Shown one piece after another: positions 9,751 through 18,078 of a stretch of 64,000 bases of DNA. The position numbers and the translations under genes are program-made. The stretch is from the IMG/VR virus record IMGVR_UViG_3300049472_000168, positions 74,266-138,265 of that record; one strand, 5' to 3'. Under the pieces are notes generated by a model that worked only from the letters and a program-made list of their open reading frames with translations, made no database searches and was not told the origin of the DNA. Each line of letters begins with the position of its first letter. Position 1 is the stretch's first letter. The stretch is from a virus (lineage: Duplodnaviria > Caudoviricetes).

Positions 9751-10386
9751 ATGGATCTAAGAAAAATCATTGTATATGCGCTGCTAGACCCCAGAGATAG
9801 CACGATGCGTTATATTGGTAAGACCAAGCAGAGACTCAAGACAAGGATATGTCGGCACCAAAGAGACGCTCTGATGAAAATTGATGATAGGTGGGAGGAT
9901 ACAACCCATCGGGCCAATTGGCTTAGAACTATCTATAAGGAAGATCTGACTCCTGAGGTGTTAGAGCTTGAGACAGTAGAAGAACAAGAAGGGAACGAAT
10001 CAGAAAGATTTTGGATCTCTTATTTTAGAGGTATTGGATGTGACCTCACCAACTCTACAGAGGGAGGTGATGGCGGTATCATCAGTCGGGTTTCGCTTGT
10101 GTCGGATGAGGAAATATGTGCTCTCTATTCTTCAGGGGTGAAAAACAGTAAGGCTATCGCCAAGAATTTGCATACCTGCGCAAAAAGAGTAGTGAAGGTC
10201 CTTCGGAGGAACAATATATCCCTCTGTACGATTGGAAAGAGGATCAAAGATGATCTAGGGAATGAGTTCCGTTCCATAACTGAAGCGTCTGTTAAATAAT
10301 ATGGAGTTTCGATGGGTGCTGTAAGTAATGTATTGAGAGGTTATAATAAGACCTCTGCTGGGAGAAAGTTTAGCTATGTCGATTAA
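9751..10386 (+). CDS. GIY-YIG homing endonuclease; C-terminal NUMOD1-like HTH interrupted by an in-frame TAA (10297-10299)
   Basis: IVYALLDPR...RYIGKT...R..RH, E..WI...LTN...GG; frame continues after TAA as YGVSMGAVSNVLRGYNKTSAGRKFSYVD. Confidence 0.8.
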
Positions 10387-13300
10387 TATTTTTCTTTCTT
10401 TCGATGGCGATCACATTGGTAGGATGGTTGGTCGGGCCAGACTTTCCGACGAAGTCGAAGAGGTAAGAAGAATAGATCATGCGATCAAAATGGGTAATGA
10501 GGTGTTTAGATCGTGGGCTGTGACTAGCGGTGGCTCTATTACTGAAATTAGTGGCGATGAGGGTACCATCGAGATCCCCGCCGATGTCTTGGAAGACCTC
10601 CCCAGCATCTGCCATACCTATAAAACAGCCGTTGGAGCCACGGTAAGCGTTGGGTTAGGTAAGACCCTTTCTGAATCCGCAAAAAGTCTTATGGCGGCAA
10701 AGCTCAGGGGTGGTTCCAGGGCTGTATTCTATGGCCCCGATGTCGAAGAGACCATATCTGCCCGCAAGGAGCCGACAGAGGCCGAGAAGATCCAAGACGA
10801 ATACCTCAACAAAGCTGAAGGTTCGGCTCAGGTCAGTCCCGATGCCATCGGAGGGTCCCCACACGAATCCTCGGAGCATACCGAAGCCGAAACCGCTAGA
10901 GCCGTTGCCGAAGGTGCCCCTCCCCAACAGGACTATGAGACTAGTTTTCATAGTGCCGCGACGCATCAGGAAACCAAGGACAGGGCCAGGAATCTACAGA
11001 ATTCAGAGGACATGTCCCAACTCAAGGCCAAGGTCGCAGCTTCCCTGGAGTCTTTGCGTCAGCAGTTGCCGGTTCTGAACCAGTTGAAATCGGCTTACCC
11101 CGACAGCTACAAGGCGGTTACTTCCTTGGTTCAGTCCGTCATCGGGCTGTCCAGAGGAATCCAGGCTGCTGATGAGCAGCTAGAAAACGTCCAGAAATCG
11201 GAGAGACCCCGATTTGCCGATATCAAGCCTAAAAAAAAAGAGGAAAACGAGTTCGACTATAGCCACCTGTTGCCGCCTCAGATCCAATCGCAGGGTTACA
11301 AGATTAGAGTAAAAATGAAGTCGTCTGTAACCGGTAATCCCGGAGATAGCTTTCTCTCCAGTACCGTAATTTCTCCTAGCGGTTCGCCCAAGGGCAGAGT
11401 ATCGGGATATTTCTATAACGGAGCCGTAGAGCCTCATTCAGGACTAGATCTTGACCTCCAAGGTAAAGGTATAGGAAAGGCCTTATACGAGGCCCTCTAT
11501 GCCCATGCAAAAAACAAGCATGGTGTCAATACGGTAAGGGGTGAAGGTGCCAGCAAATCAGCCCATCATGTCCATTTGTCCTTGGCCAAGAAGTATGGAT
11601 TCAAGATAAAATCACAGGACCCCGATGAAGATGTGGGTCCAGATGTTCCCTATCATTACCAGATCAAATCAGAACTCCAAAAAACAGAGGACATCGGTCT
11701 TCATGACGTAGGTCCAGAGGAATTTTCTGCTGCTATAGCTCCTAGCTTCCGGGGCCATGGAGCCGAAAATCTGACACAGCATCCGGTGGAGCATTATAGA
11801 AAAGCGAAAAAGCTCGTAATCAGTTCAGATGGTCATTCCGGATACGCCATATTCGACGACGGCGAATTCGGCAACCTATTCTCCAGGGTCAAAGGCAGAG
11901 GCGACGCCTTAGTTTCCCATGCCTCTGCAAACCACCCAGGAGCCCATCTCAATGTCCTGGATAGCCCACACCTAGTCGGACTCTATTCTAGACATGGGGC
12001 AGTTGAAACCCACAGGGAACCGAACTGGACCCCAGGTGGGCCCGATGTCGTCCATATGAAGTTTGGTAACTTGCAGAAAGCGATTCCAAAGAAACACTGG
12101 GTAGAGAATACCGGAGGCTTCGGGAATCCTCTTCGGATTCCAGTATCCAGCAATCCAGACCGCAAGGCCTGGGACCAGGAGTTCCTTCGTGGTGTAGAAG
12201 ATAGGTTTCCTGGTGTAAAGGAACTCAGGGATATCGATATCGACAAAATCGTCGGAGGAAATAGCAGAGGGGTAGCGAATAAAGACAGATTCCAGCTTTA
12301 TTCCAAAATAGCGGGGTCCGATAGACTTCCTCCTGTGGTTGTCAGGCCTCTAGGAGATAAGTACGAACTCCTCGACGGCACCCACAGAACTGAAGCCGCT
12401 AAAGCAAAAAAGCTGAAGACGATTCCTGGTGTCGTGATGAAGGCCGATTTGGAGAAGGCCTTTGATTTAAAGCCTATAGGCTCCCCGGAACCCGGAGAGC
12501 ATCGAGGCTACAAATTTAATGCCCACGACTATACCCATCTCCTTCCTCAAGGAATGGAAGGACATAAGCTCAAGGTAACATCCTACGAGCCTACCGATGA
12601 AGACCCCGGAATCATCAGGGCTTCACTACTAAATCACAACGATGAAGAAGTAGGCCGCGTCTCTGGATTCAAATCCAGCAAAGGTGATAACGCCATAGAA
12701 CCCCACAGTTTCGTTGATGAAAAATACAGAGGCAAAGGATTTGGGAAGCTATTATACAGCATTCTCTATTCTCATGCTCTCGGAGAGGGTTACAATAGGG
12801 TATCGGGAGACTACCACAGTGAGTCTGCTCATAGGGTTCATGATGCTTTAGCCAGACAGCATGGTTTTACGATTGAAGGTGCCGAAAAAAGGAAACTTCA
12901 GGTCTCGAAGCCCTATTCCCCGTATAGCTACGATCTGGGTAAGGAACAACTCTCAGATACCGAGGATGAAGTAGGTCACGTTCCTGTATTTAGTTCAACA
13001 GATCCCTTGGACGAGCTTCATCCAGTATTTTTTCACCACAACGATTTAGTCAAAGGTGCGATGCAGAGGCTGTATCCTATAGATCCTAGAAAGATCAAGC
13101 AACAAGAGATCGGCACCAGATGGGATAAATTCAACAACAAGGTACTCCCTGCCACTACGGAGGATTTCATTGGTCAACGAATGTCGGGACATGATAGTGC
13201 CCGCGAAGCACTAGCAGAACAAGGCAACTCGCCAGCTTTGGAGCCCGCCAGACAGAGGGCGCTTCACCGACTTCACGGACTGACCCAGGTCAGAAAAAAC

Positions 13301-14554
13301 AGCAACGGGAAAAGAGAGTTTTTGTTGCATCGCGGCTACGGACCCGACGAAGATTCTATAGCAAATGGGGTCAAAAATAAATACAGCAATTCGACCTCTT
13401 CCTCTTCTTGGACTCCTCATCTAGAGGTAGCAAATAAATTCTCGGACTGGAGTAAAGGTGGAGGCGGAGTGTCGGCATGGATACCAGAAGACTCCATTCG
13501 TTTCTCTATGCCTCAATTAGGCGGAATCGACAACAAAGACCAGGTTCCGAATCAGACAAAATATGAGCACGAAATAATCGTGGCTCCAGGGGAATATGAC
13601 AAACATATCGTTGTAAGAAAAGCAGAAGATCTCGAAAAGGCCAGCTTCAAGGACATCAAGTCCCAGAACTCAGCGATTAAACCTGAGGCACCCGATGGTC
13701 CGAGGTCGCAGTTCTTCGATTATACCCATCTCCTGCCTCAAGCCTACCAGAAAACACACAGCCTGGAAGTCTTCCATTCCAAAACGGCCCCTTCCTACAT
13801 GAAGAGGGGTCGTCTTATCGCGGTTCTTCGCAGCAAGTCGGATCCCGGATATCCAGCCCATGGAGTTGTTGTCCCCAGTCTCAAAGACCCCGAACTAGGC
13901 TACGTCGATGTCGCCGGAAGCTACTCCAATGGAGACGGCAACGGAGTCGAAGGTCTAGTCCATGGCATCCTGGGCGAAGAGGTTCCTCGCCAAAAAACGA
14001 TGACTCCCCACAGCTTCCTTAAGGAAAAACACCACGGCAAAGGTGTAGGTAAGGCCATGTACGAAGCCCTCTATGCCAGAGCTATGGCTCAAGGCATCGA
14101 TCAGATCCACGGCGGCGTCCATAGTCCTCAAGCCTCTGCCGTTCACCAGTCATTGGCCCAGAAGTACGGATTCAAGGTCGAAGGCGGGAAAAAAGTCCCG
14201 TTCGGTCATGATAGATATAAATATACTATCAAAGACGAGATCAAAGACTTCCATCTCGAACCCCATCCCGACAACGACCCGGTCTTTGTCGTAAAGTCTG
14301 AACTCGCCCCAGAACAATCCGTACCGGAATCCAGTGACCTCGATAAGATCGCTTTGGATTCGGCTCATGCCAAGAAGAATCTCAAGCTACCTCCTGGAAC
14401 TCTCCTCAACGGAAAGCTGAAGGTCCAGCATAACGACGGGACCAAAGGATGGAAGGGCGTCAGGGCAGGCCTCATCGCTTCCCAAGAATCACACACACCT
14501 TTGCTAGGCAGCAATTCTCATCCGGTATCGTCTAGAGAGCCTAGCTCGAAATAA
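10376..14554 (+). CDS. polyvalent multi-enzyme protein: mCpol-like cyclase/polymerase, GNAT-like x4, ParB-like, ADP-ribosyltransferase-like
   Basis: N-terminal FDGDHIG...SGDEG; three internal repeats DY[ST]HLLP...PHS...GKG.GK.LY; LPPVVVR...YELLDGTHR; LLHRGY...SSW...YEHEII. Confidence 0.8.
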   Translation: MSINIFLSFDGDHIGRMVGRARLSDEVEEVRRIDHAIKMGNEVFRSWAVTSGGSITEISGDEGTIEIPADVLEDLPSICHTYKTAVGATVSVGLGKTLSESAKSLMAAKLRGGSRAVFYGPDVEETISARKEPTEAEKIQDEYLNKAEGSAQVSPDAIGGSPHESSEHTEAETARAVAEGAPPQQDYETSFHSAATHQETKDRARNLQNSEDMSQLKAKVAASLESLRQQLPVLNQLKSAYPDSYKAVTSLVQSVIGLSRGIQAADEQLENVQKSERPRFADIKPKKKEENEFDYSHLLPPQIQSQGYKIRVKMKSSVTGNPGDSFLSSTVISPSGSPKGRVSGYFYNGAVEPHSGLDLDLQGKGIGKALYEALYAHAKNKHGVNTVRGEGASKSAHHVHLSLAKKYGFKIKSQDPDEDVGPDVPYHYQIKSELQKTEDIGLHDVGPEEFSAAIAPSFRGHGAENLTQHPVEHYRKAKKLVISSDGHSGYAIFDDGEFGNLFSRVKGRGDALVSHASANHPGAHLNVLDSPHLVGLYSRHGAVETHREPNWTPGGPDVVHMKFGNLQKAIPKKHWVENTGGFGNPLRIPVSSNPDRKAWDQEFLRGVEDRFPGVKELRDIDIDKIVGGNSRGVANKDRFQLYSKIAGSDRLPPVVVRPLGDKYELLDGTHRTEAAKAKKLKTIPGVVMKADLEKAFDLKPIGSPEPGEHRGYKFNAHDYTHLLPQGMEGHKLKVTSYEPTDEDPGIIRASLLNHNDEEVGRVSGFKSSKGDNAIEPHSFVDEKYRGKGFGKLLYSILYSHALGEGYNRVSGDYHSESAHRVHDALARQHGFTIEGAEKRKLQVSKPYSPYSYDLGKEQLSDTEDEVGHVPVFSSTDPLDELHPVFFHHNDLVKGAMQRLYPIDPRKIKQQEIGTRWDKFNNKVLPATTEDFIGQRMSGHDSAREALAEQGNSPALEPARQRALHRLHGLTQVRKNSNGKREFLLHRGYGPDEDSIANGVKNKYSNSTSSSSWTPHLEVANKFSDWSKGGGGVSAWIPEDSIRFSMPQLGGIDNKDQVPNQTKYEHEIIVAPGEYDKHIVVRKAEDLEKASFKDIKSQNSAIKPEAPDGPRSQFFDYTHLLPQAYQKTHSLEVFHSKTAPSYMKRGRLIAVLRSKSDPGYPAHGVVVPSLKDPELGYVDVAGSYSNGDGNGVEGLVHGILGEEVPRQKTMTPHSFLKEKHHGKGVGKAMYEALYARAMAQGIDQIHGGVHSPQASAVHQSLAQKYGFKVEGGKKVPFGHDRYKYTIKDEIKDFHLEPHPDNDPVFVVKSELAPEQSVPESSDLDKIALDSAHAKKNLKLPPGTLLNGKLKVQHNDGTKGWKGVRAGLIASQESHTPLLGSNSHPVSSREPSSK

Positions 14555-14613
14555 TTCGCCAGAAACGACGATTTACATCCATGGCTCTATAGATATTCGC
14601 CATATCAGGCGAC

Positions 14614-14982
14614 TTAGCTCTCATGCGAAAGAGACCTAGCACAGACCTTGGCCAGATCCAGCCCCAATGCTGTCGGCACGAATCTGGCCACGATACCACT
14701 GTTGGGATCAAAATGGGGATCCAGAAAGCCTTTACTTAGGGCCTCAGCCAAACTTTCTCTGGTCATAACCAAGATCTTGACCCCTTCGTAGTTCTTGCAA
14801 TTTGGATACAGAACTTGCACGACAACATATCCCGTGTCTCGGTCTCCGAACCAGACGGTACCAATGATCTTAAAGTCATAGGGATCCGGATTCCCAGAAA
14901 TAACCGGAGTCGTATCCGACTCAGACCTACTGCTAGACATAATTCCCATTCCCATGTTGTTTTTTCCTCGCGCCTCCGACAA
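14614..14982 (-). CDS. hypothetical phage protein (true start probably downstream of the tRNA)
   Basis: YPNCKNYEGVKILV...LDPHF segment. Confidence 0.6.
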   Translation of the reverse strand: MSEARGKNNMGMGIMSSSRSESDTTPVISGNPDPYDFKIIGTVWFGDRDTGYVVVQVLYPNCKNYEGVKILVMTRESLAEALSKGFLDPHFDPNSGIVARFVPTALGLDLAKVCARSLSHES

Positions 14983-15044
14983 GGGTCGAACTTGTAACCC
15001 CCGGCTTAGAAGGCCGGTGCTCTATCCAGTTGAGCTACGGAAGC
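14971..15044 (-). tRNA. tRNA-Arg(TCT)
   Basis: Cloverleaf; anticodon arm CCGGC-CTTCTAA-GCCGG; GTTCGA T-loop. Confidence 0.9.
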
Positions 15045-15236
15045 AAAGGCCGGTCAAAGAATCGATTCCAACCGGCCCGTATATACTGCATCGTCGCAGA
15101 GTGGAATGATTCCGCACCCACTAACGGTCCTAAACACCAGAGGCTGGGGTGGTGTCTAGATCTAATTATCCCAACATTCATAAGTGGCTCCTAGCCGACT
15201 ACCTTCAGGAGGGACATCGGCATCAGACCTCTTAGG

Positions 15237-15464
15237 TGGAGAAGGTGGACTTGCACCACAACTTTAGAGAATTCCAAGAGACCTCTAATATTCTCCCAGA
15301 AAACAATCCAATCCAGACATGGGTCGATTCGGTTGATTGCTCCGAACAATGGATATCTGTTGAGGTAATCGGTCTCATCAGGATGTCCGCCATGTCTCCG
15401 GCACTCTGCCGGTTCATCTCCATATGATCGGATTACGTTCACTCTATCCGATCTACTCTTCTCC
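15237..15464 (-). ncRNA. candidate structured RNA with tRNA-like ends
   Basis: GGAGAAG/CTTCTCC-A closing stem, T-arm-like GTGG-TGCAAGT-CCAC, and several perfect internal hairpins. Confidence 0.5.
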
Positions 15465-15511
15465 CTGAACGCTATGACAGGAACTGAATCCTGACTACCT
15501 AGAAGAGTTTT

Positions 15512-15583
15512 GAGCCCGCTAGAGAAATCGAACCTCTGTCACCTGTTTACAAAACAGGGGCTCTGCCATTGAGCTAAGCGGGC
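15512..15583 (-). tRNA. tRNA-Thr(TGT)
   Basis: CCTGT-TTTGTAA-ACAGG anticodon arm. Confidence 0.88.
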
Positions 15584-15589
15584 TTATAG

Positions 15590-15662
15590 AGCTACTGGAG
15601 CGGATCGAACGCCCTCCCTAGACATTACCAATGTCTTGTTCACCCATATGAACTTCAGTAGC
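15590..15662 (-). tRNA. tRNA-Thr(GGT)
   Basis: AGACA-TTGGTAA-TGTCT anticodon arm; GTTCGAT T-loop. Confidence 0.8.
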
Positions 15663-15694
15663 AAATTACGCCTTATATTTTTGAACACGATTTG

Positions 15695-15766
15695 AGCACC
15701 GTGCGAGATTTGAACTCGCGTGAGACTGCTTGGAAGGCAGCCGCCTGGCCTCTAGGCTAACGGTGC
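15695..15766 (-). tRNA. tRNA-Gly(TCC)
   Basis: CTGC-CTTCCAA-GCAG anticodon arm; GTTCAAAT T-loop. Confidence 0.85.
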
Positions 15767-15775
15767 AATTTTTGT

Positions 15776-15846
15776 TGGGCCAGCGAGCTATGCTCTCGCC
15801 ACCTCTCGCTTATCAAGCGAGTGCTCTTCTGAATGAGCTATGGCCC
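15776..15846 (-). tRNA. tRNA-Ile(GAT) with atypical T-loop
   Basis: CTCGC-TTGATAA-GCGAG; T-loop AGCATAG. Confidence 0.7.
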
Positions 15847-15958
15847 AATATATGGGGTCTTGTCCCCTTTTTATTCAGTCGCTCCCGAATCGTTCTCGAT
15901 CAGGGTCGAACCGATCCTTGATTAACACCACATATCGTCGTTTGTTGTCCATGAATCA

Positions 15959-15987
15959 AATATAAATCAAATCCCTAAAAATGTCAA
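15959..15987 (-). promoter_or_regulatory. sigma70 promoter upstream of the tRNA cluster
   Basis: TTGACA-N17-TATATT. Confidence 0.8.
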
Positions 15988-16283
15988 TCCTTGATTTGAA
16001 GAATTTTTATTTCAAGTTCTCTGATATCCTCGTAGGCCTTATCCATGACCCCTACAGAATAGGCTACGGACCTCTTCGCCTTTGTTGTTGCATCGATGTA
16101 GAATCCTTTCCTGAAGGACTCCTGAGCCTCGCCCCGAAGCATCTCTCCACTAGGACACGGCTTAGTCCTGGGAACGCCGTAGGGCAGCATCATTTCTGAT
16201 CTGATTGCGATGTCAATGGCTTCTGCTGCGATTTGTTTAGCTTCCATTGGTCCTTTTCGAGATCTTATATCTGATCTCAGCAT
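15984..16283 (-). CDS. hypothetical protein
   Basis: Operonic ORF. Confidence 0.5.
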   Translation of the reverse strand: MLRSDIRSRKGPMEAKQIAAEAIDIAIRSEMMLPYGVPRTKPCPSGEMLRGEAQESFRKGFYIDATTKAKRSVAYSVGVMDKAYEDIRELEIKILQIKD

Positions 16284-16443
16284 TCTTCATACCGGGGTCT
16301 GGATGTGTTTTGACCCATTGCTTGACTAAATCTATAGCATCTCCAACGCTAGGTGCCCAGTCCGACAGTTGAACTCTTGTCTTAGCTCCCGTAATTACAA
16401 ATTCTACCAGCAACCGACCCAACCTGCCTTGCTTATGGTCCAT
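16237..16443 (-). CDS. hypothetical protein
   Basis: Operonic ORF. Confidence 0.5.
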   Translation of the reverse strand: MDHKQGRLGRLLVEFVITGAKTRVQLSDWAPSVGDAIDLVKQWVKTHPDPGMKNAEIRYKISKRTNGS

Positions 16444-16458
16444 GGCTTTGCTATTTCT

Positions 16459-16497
16459 AAAAAAGAACCCCGCCAGAACTGTTCTGACGAGGTCTCT
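16459..16497 (-). terminator. intrinsic terminator
   Basis: Minus-strand hairpin ACCTCGTCAGAAC-A-GTTCTGGCGGGGT (with G-U pairs) followed by a T-run, after ORF 16500..16670. Confidence 0.6.
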
Positions 16498-16499
16498 CT

Positions 16500-16670
16500 T
16501 TACTGAGCCGCCTTGAGGTCGCGGGCACGATATTCCGTATCCCCGACTACGAAATATGTCGTCGGTCGGCCCTTGTTTCCGGTCTTGTGGATTCGGACTC
16601 CGCTTACAACAGCGGTAGTTCCATTAGGGGTCTTTACTGTGATACCTTGTTTTACGTCTTGTGTTCGCAT
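16500..16670 (-). CDS. small basic SH3/KOW-like protein
   Basis: MRTQDVKQGITVKTP...; AAGGA SD. Confidence 0.6.
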   Translation of the reverse strand: MRTQDVKQGITVKTPNGTTAVVSGVRIHKTGNKGRPTTYFVVGDTEYRARDLKAAQ

Positions 16671-16671
16671 G

Positions 16672-16845
16672 TTATTCCTTTTCTTTTGTTTCGATCTCAC
16701 CAGTCATCCAGTCAATCTCTAAGTCCTTACCATAACCATAGGTATCGATTACGGCAATAATATAAGGCCTTCGGTCGAGTCTGCCTTTGGCCAGGAGCTG
16801 CTTGTATTGGTTCCAGGCTGCTTCTAGTTTTGGATGTTTCGCCAT
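16672..16845 (-). CDS. heptad-repeat family copy 2 (57 aa, intact, heptads largely deleted)
   Basis: MAKHPKLEAAWNQYKQLLAKG...AVIDTYG...IDWMTGEIE; absent from the ORF track. Confidence 0.75.
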   Translation of the reverse strand: MAKHPKLEAAWNQYKQLLAKGRLDRRPYIIAVIDTYGYGKDLEIDWMTGEIETKEKE

Positions 16846-16854
16846 TTGTTTTAA

Positions 16855-16887
16855 AATATATCGAAAAGGTCCAGGGATGTCAATCTT
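16855..16887. promoter_or_regulatory. overlapping divergent promoters: minus sigma70 and plus AATCTT
   Basis: Minus TTGACA-N17-TATATT; plus AATCTT 16882-16887 shares bases with the -35 box (tgtcAATCTT). Confidence 0.75.
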
Positions 16888-16895
16888 TTAATTAA

Positions 16896-17747
16896 ATGTT
16901 CAGCATCAATCTCGACCTTTCTCAGATCCAGGAGTTATCGAAAGACATCCAGACCTCCCTGGAAGCAGCAGCAAAACAGGCTGGAGAAGAGCTGGCACAG
17001 CGCACCAGAGCCAAAGCCATTGAGCTAGCCTCAGAACGGCTGAATTCGAGGCGTAAGAAATTTATCGATGCCTTAAGTCTAAATTTCGAGGAGGGCGTCT
17101 GGGTCCTTAAACTAGATGAATCCATGGCTTGGATCGATGACGGCATCGAACCCCATAACATGATAGAGAACCTCCTGAAATCGCCAAAGGCGAAGAGATC
17201 GAAGGACGGGTCATCATACCTCGTGGTTCCATTTGACCACAGCCCAGGACACGGAGCCACTAATTCGACCCCGGCCCAGCTAGACCTAGTCGATACAGTC
17301 AAAGCCGAGATGAAGCGTAGAAAGATTCCTTGGGCCACTGTTGAGAGAGATTCTCAGGGCAGACCCAAAACAGGAAAACTTCACAGTTTCCATATCAAGA
17401 ATACCCCCCTAAAAACCGGGGAAGGTCCTGGTCAGGGCTGGGGGCCTAAAGGCGATGTCAAGCAGGGTCCGAATCAGGCCCAGATCAAAGGTGGCAAATC
17501 CAAACCAGGTGGAGGCGGTATCCCTTTCCTTCAAGGGGTATCGGTTTATCAGACACCGGATGGTGGCGGCGGCACCAAGAGGTCTGTGATGACCTTTAGG
17601 GTCGTCAGTTCTAAACAAAGTTCGCCTCGATGGGACCACCCCGGCCTCCAGCCGACCCATCTTTTTTTGGATACAGAAAAATGGATGTGGGAAGAATTCA
17701 AGAAGATGGAACCAGAAATTATCCAGTCCGTTTTAGACAAGCTCTAG
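16896..17747 (+). CDS. putative neck/tail-completion protein (HK97 gp10-like region)
   Basis: N-terminal helical segment, YLVVPF and C-terminal TFRVVSS...WDHPG typical of myovirus neck proteins. Confidence 0.55.
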   Translation: MFSINLDLSQIQELSKDIQTSLEAAAKQAGEELAQRTRAKAIELASERLNSRRKKFIDALSLNFEEGVWVLKLDESMAWIDDGIEPHNMIENLLKSPKAKRSKDGSSYLVVPFDHSPGHGATNSTPAQLDLVDTVKAEMKRRKIPWATVERDSQGRPKTGKLHSFHIKNTPLKTGEGPGQGWGPKGDVKQGPNQAQIKGGKSKPGGGGIPFLQGVSVYQTPDGGGGTKRSVMTFRVVSSKQSSPRWDHPGLQPTHLFLDTEKWMWEEFKKMEPEIIQSVLDKL

Positions 17748-17763
17748 AATCAATCTTCTAGAC

Positions 17764-18078
17764 ATGAATTTTGTAGATCTCAATCCGCAGTTCCTAGGTA
17801 CCGGTGGTGAAGGGGTCTTTAATTCCTCCGATGGTAGCCCGGTACCGTATAGACCGGATATCGGTGTCAGATTCGACTGTCCCTGTGGTTGTGACAGCCC
17901 CGTAGTCATTCTGTTCCAGAACCCTCCGGATGGCGGTCCCTGTTGCGATGCGACACGGCAGCACTGGACCCGAACCGGAACTTCTTTTGAGGACATGTCG
18001 CTGACCCCAAGTATCCAGAGAATCCAGCCATGTCGATGGCACGGCTACATCACTGCTGGTAAGGTCATTACCTGCTAG
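17764..18078 (+). CDS. Cys/His-rich protein (DUF6527-like)
   Basis: FDCPCGC...W...SLTPSI....CRWHGYIT; own AATCTT-N6-ATG. Confidence 0.6.
   Translation: MNFVDLNPQFLGTGGEGVFNSSDGSPVPYRPDIGVRFDCPCGCDSPVVILFQNPPDGGPCCDATRQHWTRTGTSFEDMSLTPSIQRIQPCRWHGYITAGKVITC

Noticed and set aside
15237-15464. tmRNA or hammerhead ribozyme (CTGATGAG present on minus)
   Set aside because: No G3-U70 pair or clear tag ORF, and no properly placed GAAA/stem II for a hammerhead; kept only as an unclassified ncRNA candidate
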